A DNA stretch of 64,000 bases from NCBI GenBank assembly GCA_964575955.1, contig CAZNTG010000007.1, positions 1 through 64,000 of the forward strand, written 5' to 3'. The DNA is from an uncultured Thermoproteaceae archaeon. GTDB taxonomy: Archaea > Thermoproteota > Thermoprotei > Thermoproteales > Thermocladiaceae. Position 1 is the first letter of the stretch, and each line of letters begins with the position of its first letter. The position numbers were made by a program, and so were the translations under genes. Positions 19,977-28,858 of the stretch are shown here, one piece after another. The notes beneath the pieces were generated by a model. That model had not been told where the DNA came from. It saw only the letters and a list, made by a program, of their open reading frames with translations, and did no database searches.

Positions 19977-21793
19977 CCTAATCTCCTACGTCTTTCTTCA
20001 ATGTTTGCTACTAGCGTTTTTACAGCTTTATCAATATCTGTTTCACAGAATAGTTTACCACCTGTAATCTTCTCCATACACTCCTCTAACCACTCTTTAA
20101 CAAATTTACTTCCTAGTATTGGTAGTTGTACTCCAGAGTGAACTACTATTCCGCTTGCAGCCATTCCAAACATTAATGCCAATATCTCTTCTGCCATTGG
20201 TTCTGGTGCTGATGCAACTACTGGAAGTTTATTGAATGGTATTTTGAGTATTGTTGATATTTCCTGTACTAGTTTTATAATTCTTGCATTATCTGCACAT
20301 CCACCAAATGATATGCATGGTGGTATGTTGTATGTTTCGCAGAATTTTGATAATCCTTCACCTGCGAGTTGTCTTGCTTCTGGTTTTAGAAGTCCTGCAA
20401 GTCCTGCAGCAACGTTCCAACATCCTGTTCCAAATACTATGATGTTATTTCTTATCAATCCTTTTGTTATCTCTACATGTGCCTTATTATGGACAACTTT
20501 AGGTGTTGTACATCCAAATACTATGGCTATACCTCTAATCTGTCCTTCTCTAATAGCGTTTGCTAATGGTTCTAGACTACCCTTTAGGTAGGATTTTAGA
20601 GATTCTATAGACCATCCTATCATTGCTGTTTCAGGTGGTGTTTTTGGTGTAAACATCTTCTCCTCCTTTCTATTCTTAAAGTTCTCTATAGCTAGACTGA
20701 TTATCTTCTTCACTGCTTCATCCATATTTTCAGGATTAACATCGATATGTATAGCACCTCTAACTTTTCCAATTCTACTAGTTGTTACAAGTTTTGTATG
20801 ATACTTCTCACATGCATTGACAATACCCTGCATTGTACATAGGTAATCTACAACAAATAGCTCAACCATTCCTGTTGATAGTACAACTTCACTCATCATG
20901 AAGTTTGCAGGTACTAGAACATTAACTCCAAGTGCATTAACATTAATAGCTTCTTGCTCAACCTCTTTACTTTTAGCAATCTCGATAAGCTTTCTTAGTA
21001 GTGGTCTTTTAGCAATTCTAACAACAATATTTACATAATCTTCACTTATAGCTTTTGGACCCATAGGACCTTTTCTAGGACTTGGAGTACCTGAGATAAC
21101 GTCCTGTAGTGCATATGCTAGATATGCAGATACCCATAGTGCTAATAGTCCAACTCTAAGACAGGTTAGTAGTAGTGTTTCTGGATCTGTACAAACTCCT
21201 TCATGTGTTTTATGTAGTGCTTCTACAATTTCTCTTAAAACTCCTCTAGGTTCAATATCTATCTTCTTAAATATCTCTCTGATCTCTTCAGGTACATTCT
21301 TCTCATATATTACAGATTTTGAAGTTATTTTAGAAATATCTTGAGAAATTGCTTCACATACTTCAGATGCAAGTTTAGTATCATCTTTACCTTCTGTAGA
21401 TATGTTAAATATCTTTGCAAGTTCTTCAAGTCTAGATCTATCAACTATGCTTAATGCTTTACATCTACCATCACATATTGCTGATATGTAGTCTAGCATC
21501 TCCATGAGGAGATCTGTATATGATGATGCACCACCACATACATGTCTAAGTAGACTTCTAGCAACTATTGTATCAACATCAACTCCACATGAACCTCTTG
21601 TAGCACCTTCACCAAAAGGATCAATTCTACAAGGACCTATTAGACAATGTCTACAACATATTCCTAATAGTCCAAATCCACATTGTGGTTGTTGTTTTTC
21701 AAATCTTTCCCATATCGTCTCAACACCATCCTGAATAGCTTTATCATAAAGTTCTTTAGTTGTCTTATCTATAGTAATTTCTTTCTCTGACAT
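19967..21793 (-). CDS. cooS: CooS-like Ni-CO dehydrogenase homologue with a remodelled C-cluster site
   Basis: QPQCGFG..GICCRHCLIGPC...GSCG (D/B clusters), DYLC, GCTT, TGC, GGCADNAR retained; HGH, GICC, catalytic His and Lys absent. Confidence 0.85.
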   Translation of the reverse strand: MSEKEITIDKTTKELYDKAIQDGVETIWERFEKQQPQCGFGLLGICCRHCLIGPCRIDPFGEGATRGSCGVDVDTIVARSLLRHVCGGASSYTDLLMEMLDYISAICDGRCKALSIVDRSRLEELAKIFNISTEGKDDTKLASEVCEAISQDISKITSKSVIYEKNVPEEIREIFKKIDIEPRGVLREIVEALHKTHEGVCTDPETLLLTCLRVGLLALWVSAYLAYALQDVISGTPSPRKGPMGPKAISEDYVNIVVRIAKRPLLRKLIEIAKSKEVEQEAINVNALGVNVLVPANFMMSEVVLSTGMVELFVVDYLCTMQGIVNACEKYHTKLVTTSRIGKVRGAIHIDVNPENMDEAVKKIISLAIENFKNRKEEKMFTPKTPPETAMIGWSIESLKSYLKGSLEPLANAIREGQIRGIAIVFGCTTPKVVHNKAHVEITKGLIRNNIIVFGTGCWNVAAGLAGLLKPEARQLAGEGLSKFCETYNIPPCISFGGCADNARIIKLVQEISTILKIPFNKLPVVASAPEPMAEEILALMFGMAASGIVVHSGVQLPILGSKFVKEWLEECMEKITGGKLFCETDIDKAVKTLVANIEERRRRLGWS

Positions 21794-21895
21794 AAATTTC
21801 TAAGTAGTGATTTAGTTCTGTCAAATATATGAACATTATCTCTGTTGTTAAGTCTATATGTATCAAATGTCTATTTAATATATTTTTAATGTACT

Positions 21896-22426
21896 CTATC
21901 TCAATCCTCTCTCAGCTATAATCTTACCTAGAAGTCTCTCAATCCTCAACTTAGCAAGTTCTACCTCTGTTACAAGCATTAACGCACCTGTTGGACATGC
22001 TTCAACACATGCAGGTTTTCTACCACTTCTAACTCTATCTAAACACATGTCACACTTAATGACAACTCTAAGTTCTGGCACTAGTCTAGGATGTGCTATA
22101 GGACATACAAGTGTGCATAATCTACATCCAATGCATCTTGAGGGATTTTGAATAACATATCCAACATCTGTCCTATACATAGCACCTGTTGGACATATTG
22201 ATACACATGGAGGATCATCACAGTGTCTACAGGTTAGTGGTATATTCACATTATCTATCTTGAATACCTTAATTCTAGGTTTAGGTGGTGGATATTCGAA
22301 TACTGCACTATACAGATTTTTAGATGTTGAATGTTCTATAGCACAGGCAATTTCACATGATCTACAGCCAACACATCTATCAACATCAAACATCACTATA
22401 GGTCTACTGGACATCTTAATCTCCAC
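21896..22426 (-). CDS. cooF: CooF-type 4x[4Fe-4S] electron-transfer protein
   Basis: CVGCRSCEIAC, CRHCDDPPCVSICP, CIGCRLCTLVCP, KCDMC..PACVEACPTGAL; directly upstream of cooS. Confidence 0.88.
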   Translation of the reverse strand: MEIKMSSRPIVMFDVDRCVGCRSCEIACAIEHSTSKNLYSAVFEYPPPKPRIKVFKIDNVNIPLTCRHCDDPPCVSICPTGAMYRTDVGYVIQNPSRCIGCRLCTLVCPIAHPRLVPELRVVIKCDMCLDRVRSGRKPACVEACPTGALMLVTEVELAKLRIERLLGKIIAERGLR

Positions 22427-22486
22427 TTATAGAATTTTAGTGAAGATTTATAAAGTAGATCTTATCTTGAAGAAGATGGATAGAGT

Positions 22487-22609
22487 ATGGGTGGTAGACA
22501 GAGAACATCTCTATTCCTCACATCAGAGGAAGAGGAAAGAAAACTTGGAGGTAAGGTAACTACTAAAGAGGAAGAATCTAGAAAACAGCAATCTAAGAAA
22601 AAGAAGTAA
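22487..22609 (+). CDS. putative 40-aa charged small protein (not in ORF track)
   Basis: MGGRQRTSLFLTSEEEERKLGGKVTTKEEESRKQQSKKKK*; host-like codons, TTTATAAA at 22447-22454, fills the gap before the next gene. Confidence 0.5.
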   Translation: MGGRQRTSLFLTSEEEERKLGGKVTTKEEESRKQQSKKKK

Positions 22610-22615
22610 AATTGA

Positions 22616-23491
22616 ATGTATTTTCCAAATCTTCTAAAACCCATAATTGATATTGCTATTCCCTGGAACATACTTGAAGAATGTCCTGATGATAGAGAGA
22701 AAGTTCGTAAAATTGGATATATTTGTAGAGGTGCTGCAATATTTCAAGTAGATACATTAGTAATATATAAGTATGGTAAGGTTAGTGATAGAGATTTAAA
22801 ATTTCTAAAGAGAAATCTTGAATATCTAGTAACACCACCATACCTTAAGAAAGATCTATTTAAGATAGAACCTGAACTTAAACTAGCTGGACTATTACCA
22901 CCACTTAAAACACCTGCACATTATGCATCTAGAGGTGATTTAAAGCCTGGAAGTATAGTTGAAGGTCTTGTAGTTAAGTGGGATGGATATTTCAGTATTG
23001 TTAAGATTGGTGATAATGTTTTTGCAAAAATTCCAAAACCATATCCAATAGGTTCAAAGCTAGTACTTAGAATTGAAGCTGAGTCTGAGAGAGGTAGAAT
23101 GTATAGAGCACATGTTGTAGATAAATCAAAATTAAAAATATACTGGAATATTAATATTGAAGAGAGATTTCTTAAAGAAATTTTGAAAGATGATAAGTAT
23201 GGATGTATAATACTTACAGGTAGAGAAGGTAGGAGTTTAGCTAAATGCTATAATGATCTTATAAATATTTTAAATAGAGTTAAGAATGAAGATAAGAAAG
23301 TATTAGTATTTTTTGGATCACCAAAGAAAGGTATTGATGAAATTTTTAAAGAAGAAGGTTTAGAAATATCAAATTACCTCTTCATAAATTTCATACCTGA
23401 GCAAGGAGTTGAAACGGTGAGAACTGAAGAAGCCATAATTGCAGTATTATCAATATTACACTTCATTAGATGTTGTATCTTAGGAAAATAG
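22616..23491 (+). CDS. SPOUT-class RNA methyltransferase (DUF171/SPOUT1 family)
   Basis: KIGYICR.AAIF.V, YLVTPPYLKK, GLLPPLKTPAH, FGSP..G, NFIPEQGVETVRTEEA. Confidence 0.92.
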   Translation: MYFPNLLKPIIDIAIPWNILEECPDDREKVRKIGYICRGAAIFQVDTLVIYKYGKVSDRDLKFLKRNLEYLVTPPYLKKDLFKIEPELKLAGLLPPLKTPAHYASRGDLKPGSIVEGLVVKWDGYFSIVKIGDNVFAKIPKPYPIGSKLVLRIEAESERGRMYRAHVVDKSKLKIYWNINIEERFLKEILKDDKYGCIILTGREGRSLAKCYNDLINILNRVKNEDKKVLVFFGSPKKGIDEIFKEEGLEISNYLFINFIPEQGVETVRTEEAIIAVLSILHFIRCCILGK

Positions 23492-24444
23492 TTAATTATT
23501 ATACAAAATTTACAATCTATAGAGTGAAAGAGATAGCAGTAATATTAACACCTCCAAGACCAGAAATTATTCCAGATTTGGAAGAAGTTGTTAAAAATTT
23601 TAAAACATTCATAATAGAAATTCCTGAAATATCAACATTTAGAGATTTTCTTGAAGATAGAGTACCTGTTGATGAAGTATTGATGGATCTTGAACTTGAA
23701 TATCCATTATTTACTAGAGAGTTCTTATTAATGTGTAAGAGACTTTATAAGAATGGTATAGATATTCTACCTCTAGATCCATATCAGGAAATTGCTACAA
23801 ATATAAAAGTTAAACTATTCTTTAGGAAAGGTCTTGAAGAACTTGATAGAGATTTAACAGCTAGGTATATTGCTATGATTGAGCTAAATCTCGGTAAAGT
23901 ATTTCAAGAGTATAGTAGAGCATTTTCTAGAAGAGATTTTGATAAACTTATAGAAACAACTATGAAATATGCTAAACTTGATGCTGAACGTATGAGATTT
24001 AGAACTGAACTTAGAATTAGAAAGTTATGTGAAATATATAGTAGACTTAGAAAGCCAGTAGCAGTACATACACATTTCATAAATAGACTTCTACCTAGAG
24101 AAATTGAACGTAGGCTAAATGTTGAAGTTGAAGTTATAGACCTTTACAAGGACATAATTTCAAAACTTGGATTAGAAGAATTTGACCATCCAGGACGTGT
24201 ATTAACAGAAAAATATCTTCTACATGATATACATAACGTTGAAGAGTTGAAGATATTAGCAGCAAAGACAATAATACTAGTATCTCAATACCCACCTAGA
24301 GAACTAATGCCAACAAGAGAAGAGAGATACCCAATGTTAATGAAAGATTACGAAATTATGAAAATTATCGGAAAAATAGACAAACTAGAAGATTTAAAGA
24401 CCATATACGAAAAAATGTCTAGAAAGCCCGCGACACACCGATGA
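23470..24444 (+). CDS. hypothetical protein
   Basis: Long ORF with host codon usage, co-oriented with the SPOUT gene; start uncertain. Confidence 0.7.
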   Translation: MLYLRKIVNYYTKFTIYRVKEIAVILTPPRPEIIPDLEEVVKNFKTFIIEIPEISTFRDFLEDRVPVDEVLMDLELEYPLFTREFLLMCKRLYKNGIDILPLDPYQEIATNIKVKLFFRKGLEELDRDLTARYIAMIELNLGKVFQEYSRAFSRRDFDKLIETTMKYAKLDAERMRFRTELRIRKLCEIYSRLRKPVAVHTHFINRLLPREIERRLNVEVEVIDLYKDIISKLGLEEFDHPGRVLTEKYLLHDIHNVEELKILAAKTIILVSQYPPRELMPTREERYPMLMKDYEIMKIIGKIDKLEDLKTIYEKMSRKPATHR

Positions 24445-24488
24445 GAAGGTCTAAAAGACCTCCGATGATTCGGTGCGCCCTTAAAACA
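24426..24488 (+). ncRNA. candidate H/ACA-like (K-turn hairpin + ACA) guide RNA
   Basis: Stem CACCGA/TCGGTG, K-turn ATGA / ATGAT (G.A, A.G, U.U), apical stem AGGTCT/AGACCT, then CGCCCTTAAA-ACA. Confidence 0.5.
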
Positions 24489-24537
24489 ATGATGAATACC
24501 ACCGGCACAGAAATATGAAGAGAACTTACCCGACTGA
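24489..24537 (+). ncRNA. box C/D guide sRNA (D guide: 23S rRNA helix 71 region)
   Basis: ATGATGA-ATACCACCGGCA-CAGA-AAT-ATGAAGA-GAACTTACCCGA-CTGA; D guide is the exact complement of conserved 23S TCGGGTAAGTTC. Confidence 0.9.
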
Positions 24538-24552
24538 GAAGACCATATATAG

Positions 24553-24843
24553 AGTAGGTATTCAGAAGTTCACAGATATAACTTTGAGAAAATTAACCAT
24601 ATTGTGAAGTTGAGAAGAGAGAAGTATGATGGTATATTTAGTTTATTCAAATTCAACTCTCCAATATTTGATATTTCTAAAACCTTTAAAATAGTTGTAA
24701 AAGCAAACAAGTGCATAATCACGACTAGAGGACTAATCCTCCTACAAAACTCTAACACATATCTAGCAATTCCAATAAATTTTGAAGAGATTGAGATTCT
24801 ATATATCGAAAATTTCGAAAACACTCAACTACTTGAAAGTTAA
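24553..24843 (+). pseudogene. 5'-truncated small beta-rich ORF, paralogue of 28563..28851
   Basis: HIVKLRREKYDGIFSLFKFNSPIFDISKTFKIVVKANKCIITTRGLILLQNSNTYLAIPINFEEIEILYIENF aligns without gaps to the remnant downstream of the helicase. Confidence 0.55.
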
Positions 24844-25115
24844 CACACAATTTCTACAAGTAACGTATTTCCTGCATCTTCAATCTCAACATCATAATCA
24901 TCCCTAGAAATATTAACATTAACTTGAAGCATTCAATGATGTAACTACCGTTAACAACATTCCAACGAAGTAATCGTAAACATTTCCTACTACATTTATC
25001 GGAACTAGCTATATGATTCATTAATGCCGAGATGTGTATTTCTATTCAGTGAGGTCATACTTCTTTCTGTTTCGCATTAATTAATGCTTTTATTTGCGAC
25101 TATCTCTCATATTTT

Positions 25116-28100
25116 GTGGGTTCTGCTCAATTTTTAACGAAGTACGGATTGTGCTGTATCTATGATATTGATGATGAAGTTAAGCCAGATTTCTATGAGA
25201 GATCTTTTATTGAGATTTTTCCATTTCTTGAAAATGTTAAATGTGTAGATGACTACTGCTGTATAAAGATTAGTGAACTTAAGTCTAAGCTTCTATATAG
25301 ACACCAGCTTGAGTGTTATGATGCTTTAAAGAGTGGTTTGAATGTTGTTCTTGTTTCAGGTACTGGTAGTGGTAAGACTGAGGCTTGGGCTTTTTATGCA
25401 ATTGAAAGATGTTTACAAAATCAACATAGGTCATTTAAGATATTGGCTATTTATCCCACCATTGCTCTTGAGAAAGATCAAGGGATTAGATTAAAATGTT
25501 ATTTTGAAAGTCTTGGACTTAATGTACTAATCATAGATGCGAAGAGATATGAAGAACTTGTAAGCAAGTATGGTAAAGAAGGTATTCGCAGACTAATCAA
25601 TTCTGCAAATTTAGTCCTTACAAATCCCGCATTTTTCATGACTGAAGTTAAGAATGGTTTTAGAAGATTAGGTTCTTTCATAAGGAATGTTGATCTAATT
25701 GTTATTGATGAGCTCGATTATTACGGCAGTAAAAGAGCAACGTTATTGATTAAGCTTCTCGAAATTACAAGTAAGTACTTTACAAGAAAATCGTTTCAAG
25801 TTGTCATAACAACTGCAACACTAGATAGGCCAGAATCACTAGTTGATTACTTGAGGAAAATTACAGGTAGAGAAACCAGAGTTATATCCGGTAAACCATT
25901 TAGGAGCAAGAACATTACCTACGTTATTGTCGGTAAAGTCGATACGTTGACTAAACTTTACAATGAATTGAAACAATATAAGGATGTTTTCGTTAAGTAC
26001 TTTGGTCCTGACTATGAACATATTTTCTCAAATTTTGAAACATTCATTTCTAACATATTTAGATTAAGGTATGATTTGATTATCAATCCATTACCTGAGG
26101 AAGTTGAGAAGATTATGGAAAATAAATGGGGGTTATTATTCGAATTTCGTGAACCTTACGATGACGAATTTATCGAATTGATCACAGATTACATTAATGA
26201 CGATGGTTTGACAATAGTTTTCTGTCGTGACATTAAAGAGGCGAACATTATACACCGTAGGGTAATTCAGAAGTGTATTGATAGAACAGGTAATCCAAAC
26301 AAGTGTGAGTTTTTGATAAGAGTTCACCATCATTTAATTGATCCTAAGGAACGTGAGGAAATCGAGAAGTTTGCTAGAGAAGGTCAAATCAAGATAATAG
26401 TTAGCGTTAAGACTCTTGCACAAGGTATTGACATTGGTTTTGCTAAAAGAATTATCCATACTTACATACCTTTCGAAGTTCGTGACTTTATTCAAAAAGA
26501 AGGTAGGAAAGGTAGAAGGGAAGGAATGATTTCTGAAACAATAATATTCCCGTTTGGTAATTGGTATATTTTTGTAAATGGTTTTGAAAGTTTTAGAAAA
26601 TGGTTAGAAATGGGTGCTGAATTGCTCATAGTTAATCCAGAGAACTATTACGTCAAGTTGTTTCATGCACTTTATAAACAACATAAAAGAAGGAGTAGAG
26701 AACTCACTCCTGAGGAAAAAGTACTAATCAATGGTGTCGCAAAGCTTTGCGATACTCGGAAAGAATGGCGAAAAATCAACTTCTACGAGCATAGCCCTGC
26801 ATATTCAATCCCAGTAAAGTATATCGAAATTGAGGGAGACCGTATTACATCTAAATTGTCGGATGTCGAAATCTCTCACCGAGATTTAGTTGAAAAATAT
26901 CAACCGGGCTTCATAGACTATTCAGATTTTACAGTTGCTTTAACAAATGCCGAAAAGTTTGAAGGAGGTGTTAGGAAAGTTGTTTATAAACTATCGCTTA
27001 GAGATTTTCAGAGACTCATTGTAGAACCTTATCTTGAACATGATGCAGGTAAGTACATATATTCAATCATTGGCAAATTACTACCTAGTGAAGTGCCTAA
27101 GACTGATGTTGGAGCATTAATTGAAGCTATTGGCAGATACGTTGATGTTAGAAAAGATTGGTTTGAAGATGCTGATCTTGTACGTGATGTTTCTCGTGGT
27201 AAAATATGGTCAATAGTATCGATTTATCATAAGTTTAATCCAATAATTGGAAATTTCGCTAGACATGTCGAGAAAGCTGATGGTATTTACTGGATAGTTG
27301 AATCATTGAGAAAACATGCAGTAACACTTGGTGAGACCATAGTATGGAAGTACTTGAAGAAGATAGTGCCCGTTGATACTAAAGTTAGATGGACATACGA
27401 TGACTATACGTATGTTTACGAATATGTTCTCGATCCTCTAGATTCTAAGGAAAGTACGTTGTTTGAGATTGGCCTAGTATACTTACTTACCTTGTTTAGA
27501 AAATACCTGCATGTACCGATAAACCTGCTGAATTATGTAATTGAACCATATCGTGAAAAAGAAGAAGAACAGACTAGGGAAAGATATTTGCTAAGAATTT
27601 GGGAAAATGAAGCTACTGGGGTAATTGAACTTCTAAAGAAAGGTGAGTTAAAAATCGGTGATAAAATCATTGATTGTAAAGTAGTGTATGATTACATTAT
27701 CAATGATGAACCTGATGAATTAACCGAAGTTCTTATGAGTCAAATAAATTGCGATTTAGTATACGAAATGAAAGTTAGAAAGATTGATTGGGATACTGTT
27801 AAGAGATATGCCATTAGAGCATTGTCATACATTTGTGAAATTCCATATATACAATTACGTGGAGAAATATCGAGAAAATGCAAAGTAGTTACTCTAGAAA
27901 GACCTAGGAAAGAACTTGGAGTAATTGCATTTGATTCAATCGAATTACTAATTGAAGGTAAGCCTATTAAATTATGTGCATTATTTAATGGTGAAGAATT
28001 TGAATGTGAAAAATGCGATGAAATTGAGACAACATATATAAAGTTCGTCAGACAAATGCCACAAGTGACATTTGTACATTTTGGAAAAGATGAAAAAGAA

Positions 28101-28532
28101 TTATGTGAAATATTCAAGCACGTAAGATTGGAAAGAGTTGAAAATACATATGAAATTCTTAAAAATGCACTACCTGGTGTAAAAGAGCTTCCTATCTCAT
28201 TATACGAAGTGTGCAGGTTGTTGATAGATTATGTGCGTGGAGTTGAAATTGGAGATCTCAAGCCTATTCTAGATGAATTAATGTATAAAGTACATGAGTA
28301 CAAGCGTGAAAAAGATGAACAAAAGAAAGGAGAAATATATGGTGAAATTTTGGAACTAGCTAAGAGATATCTTAAAATATCTACGTACACGATATACATG
28401 TTATACCTGATGTTAACAAGATTGAAAGAAATTTGTAAGGGAGAGTCCTTAGCTAATGAAAGTAAATATCTTGGTAATTCTCAGGATTATGAAAAATTGG
28501 AAGGAAATATTTGGTTTAAAGAAGATACATGA
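25116..28532 (+). CDS. large SF2 DEAD/DEAH-box helicase (Hrq1/YprA/SftH-like) with long C-terminal region
   Basis: LYRHQ (Q motif), SGTGSGKTEA, IYPTIAL..DQ, TNP, IVIDELD, TTATL, VHH, LAQGIDIG, QKEGRKGRR. Confidence 0.9.
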   Translation: MGSAQFLTKYGLCCIYDIDDEVKPDFYERSFIEIFPFLENVKCVDDYCCIKISELKSKLLYRHQLECYDALKSGLNVVLVSGTGSGKTEAWAFYAIERCLQNQHRSFKILAIYPTIALEKDQGIRLKCYFESLGLNVLIIDAKRYEELVSKYGKEGIRRLINSANLVLTNPAFFMTEVKNGFRRLGSFIRNVDLIVIDELDYYGSKRATLLIKLLEITSKYFTRKSFQVVITTATLDRPESLVDYLRKITGRETRVISGKPFRSKNITYVIVGKVDTLTKLYNELKQYKDVFVKYFGPDYEHIFSNFETFISNIFRLRYDLIINPLPEEVEKIMENKWGLLFEFREPYDDEFIELITDYINDDGLTIVFCRDIKEANIIHRRVIQKCIDRTGNPNKCEFLIRVHHHLIDPKEREEIEKFAREGQIKIIVSVKTLAQGIDIGFAKRIIHTYIPFEVRDFIQKEGRKGRREGMISETIIFPFGNWYIFVNGFESFRKWLEMGAELLIVNPENYYVKLFHALYKQHKRRSRELTPEEKVLINGVAKLCDTRKEWRKINFYEHSPAYSIPVKYIEIEGDRITSKLSDVEISHRDLVEKYQPGFIDYSDFTVALTNAEKFEGGVRKVVYKLSLRDFQRLIVEPYLEHDAGKYIYSIIGKLLPSEVPKTDVGALIEAIGRYVDVRKDWFEDADLVRDVSRGKIWSIVSIYHKFNPIIGNFARHVEKADGIYWIVESLRKHAVTLGETIVWKYLKKIVPVDTKVRWTYDDYTYVYEYVLDPLDSKESTLFEIGLVYLLTLFRKYLHVPINLLNYVIEPYREKEEEQTRERYLLRIWENEATGVIELLKKGELKIGDKIIDCKVVYDYIINDEPDELTEVLMSQINCDLVYEMKVRKIDWDTVKRYAIRALSYICEIPYIQLRGEISRKCKVVTLERPRKELGVIAFDSIELLIEGKPIKLCALFNGEEFECEKCDEIETTYIKFVRQMPQVTFVHFGKDEKELCEIFKHVRLERVENTYEILKNALPGVKELPISLYEVCRLLIDYVRGVEIGDLKPILDELMYKVHEYKREKDEQKKGEIYGEILELAKRYLKISTYTIYMLYLMLTRLKEICKGESLANESKYLGNSQDYEKLEGNIWFKEDT

Positions 28533-28537
28533 ATATC

Positions 28538-28565
28538 TTAGATAATAGATATTAGATAATAGATA
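28538..28565. repeat. perfect 14-bp tandem duplication (TTAGATAATAGATA x2)
   Basis: Read directly, just after the helicase stop codon. Confidence 0.85.
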
Positions 28566-28851
28566 AAAGCCTCTCCAGTAATACCTCCTACTTTAATTAT
28601 ACGATATCTAAGAGGCCGAATATTACATATATTGTGAGATTGAGACATGCTTATTTTAATGAAATGTTTAGTATGTTTGAAATAAATTTTCAACTTCCGA
28701 TATGGATAGGGTGTATAAGGTTCTAGTTAAAGCTAATGAAAAATACGTGATTACCACGGGTTTCATAGTTTTTGAAAATGGTAGGAATTTCTTAGTTCTT
28801 CCTGTAGACTTAGAGGAAATAGAACTTTTGTATATTGATAAGTTTCGTTGA
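28563..28851 (+). pseudogene. frameshifted paralogue of 24553..24843
   Basis: YIVRLRHAYFNEMFSMFEINF / 1-nt shift near 28690 / TSDMDRVYKVLVKANEKYVITTGFIVFENGRNFLVLPVDLEEIELLYIDKFR*. Confidence 0.65.
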
Positions 28852-28858
28852 TTTGATA

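Noticed and set aside
24841-25060. Minus-strand coding-like fragment (MLQVNVNISRDDYDVEIEDAGNTLLVEIVC*)
   Set aside because: Too short and broken to assign; probably another gene remnant
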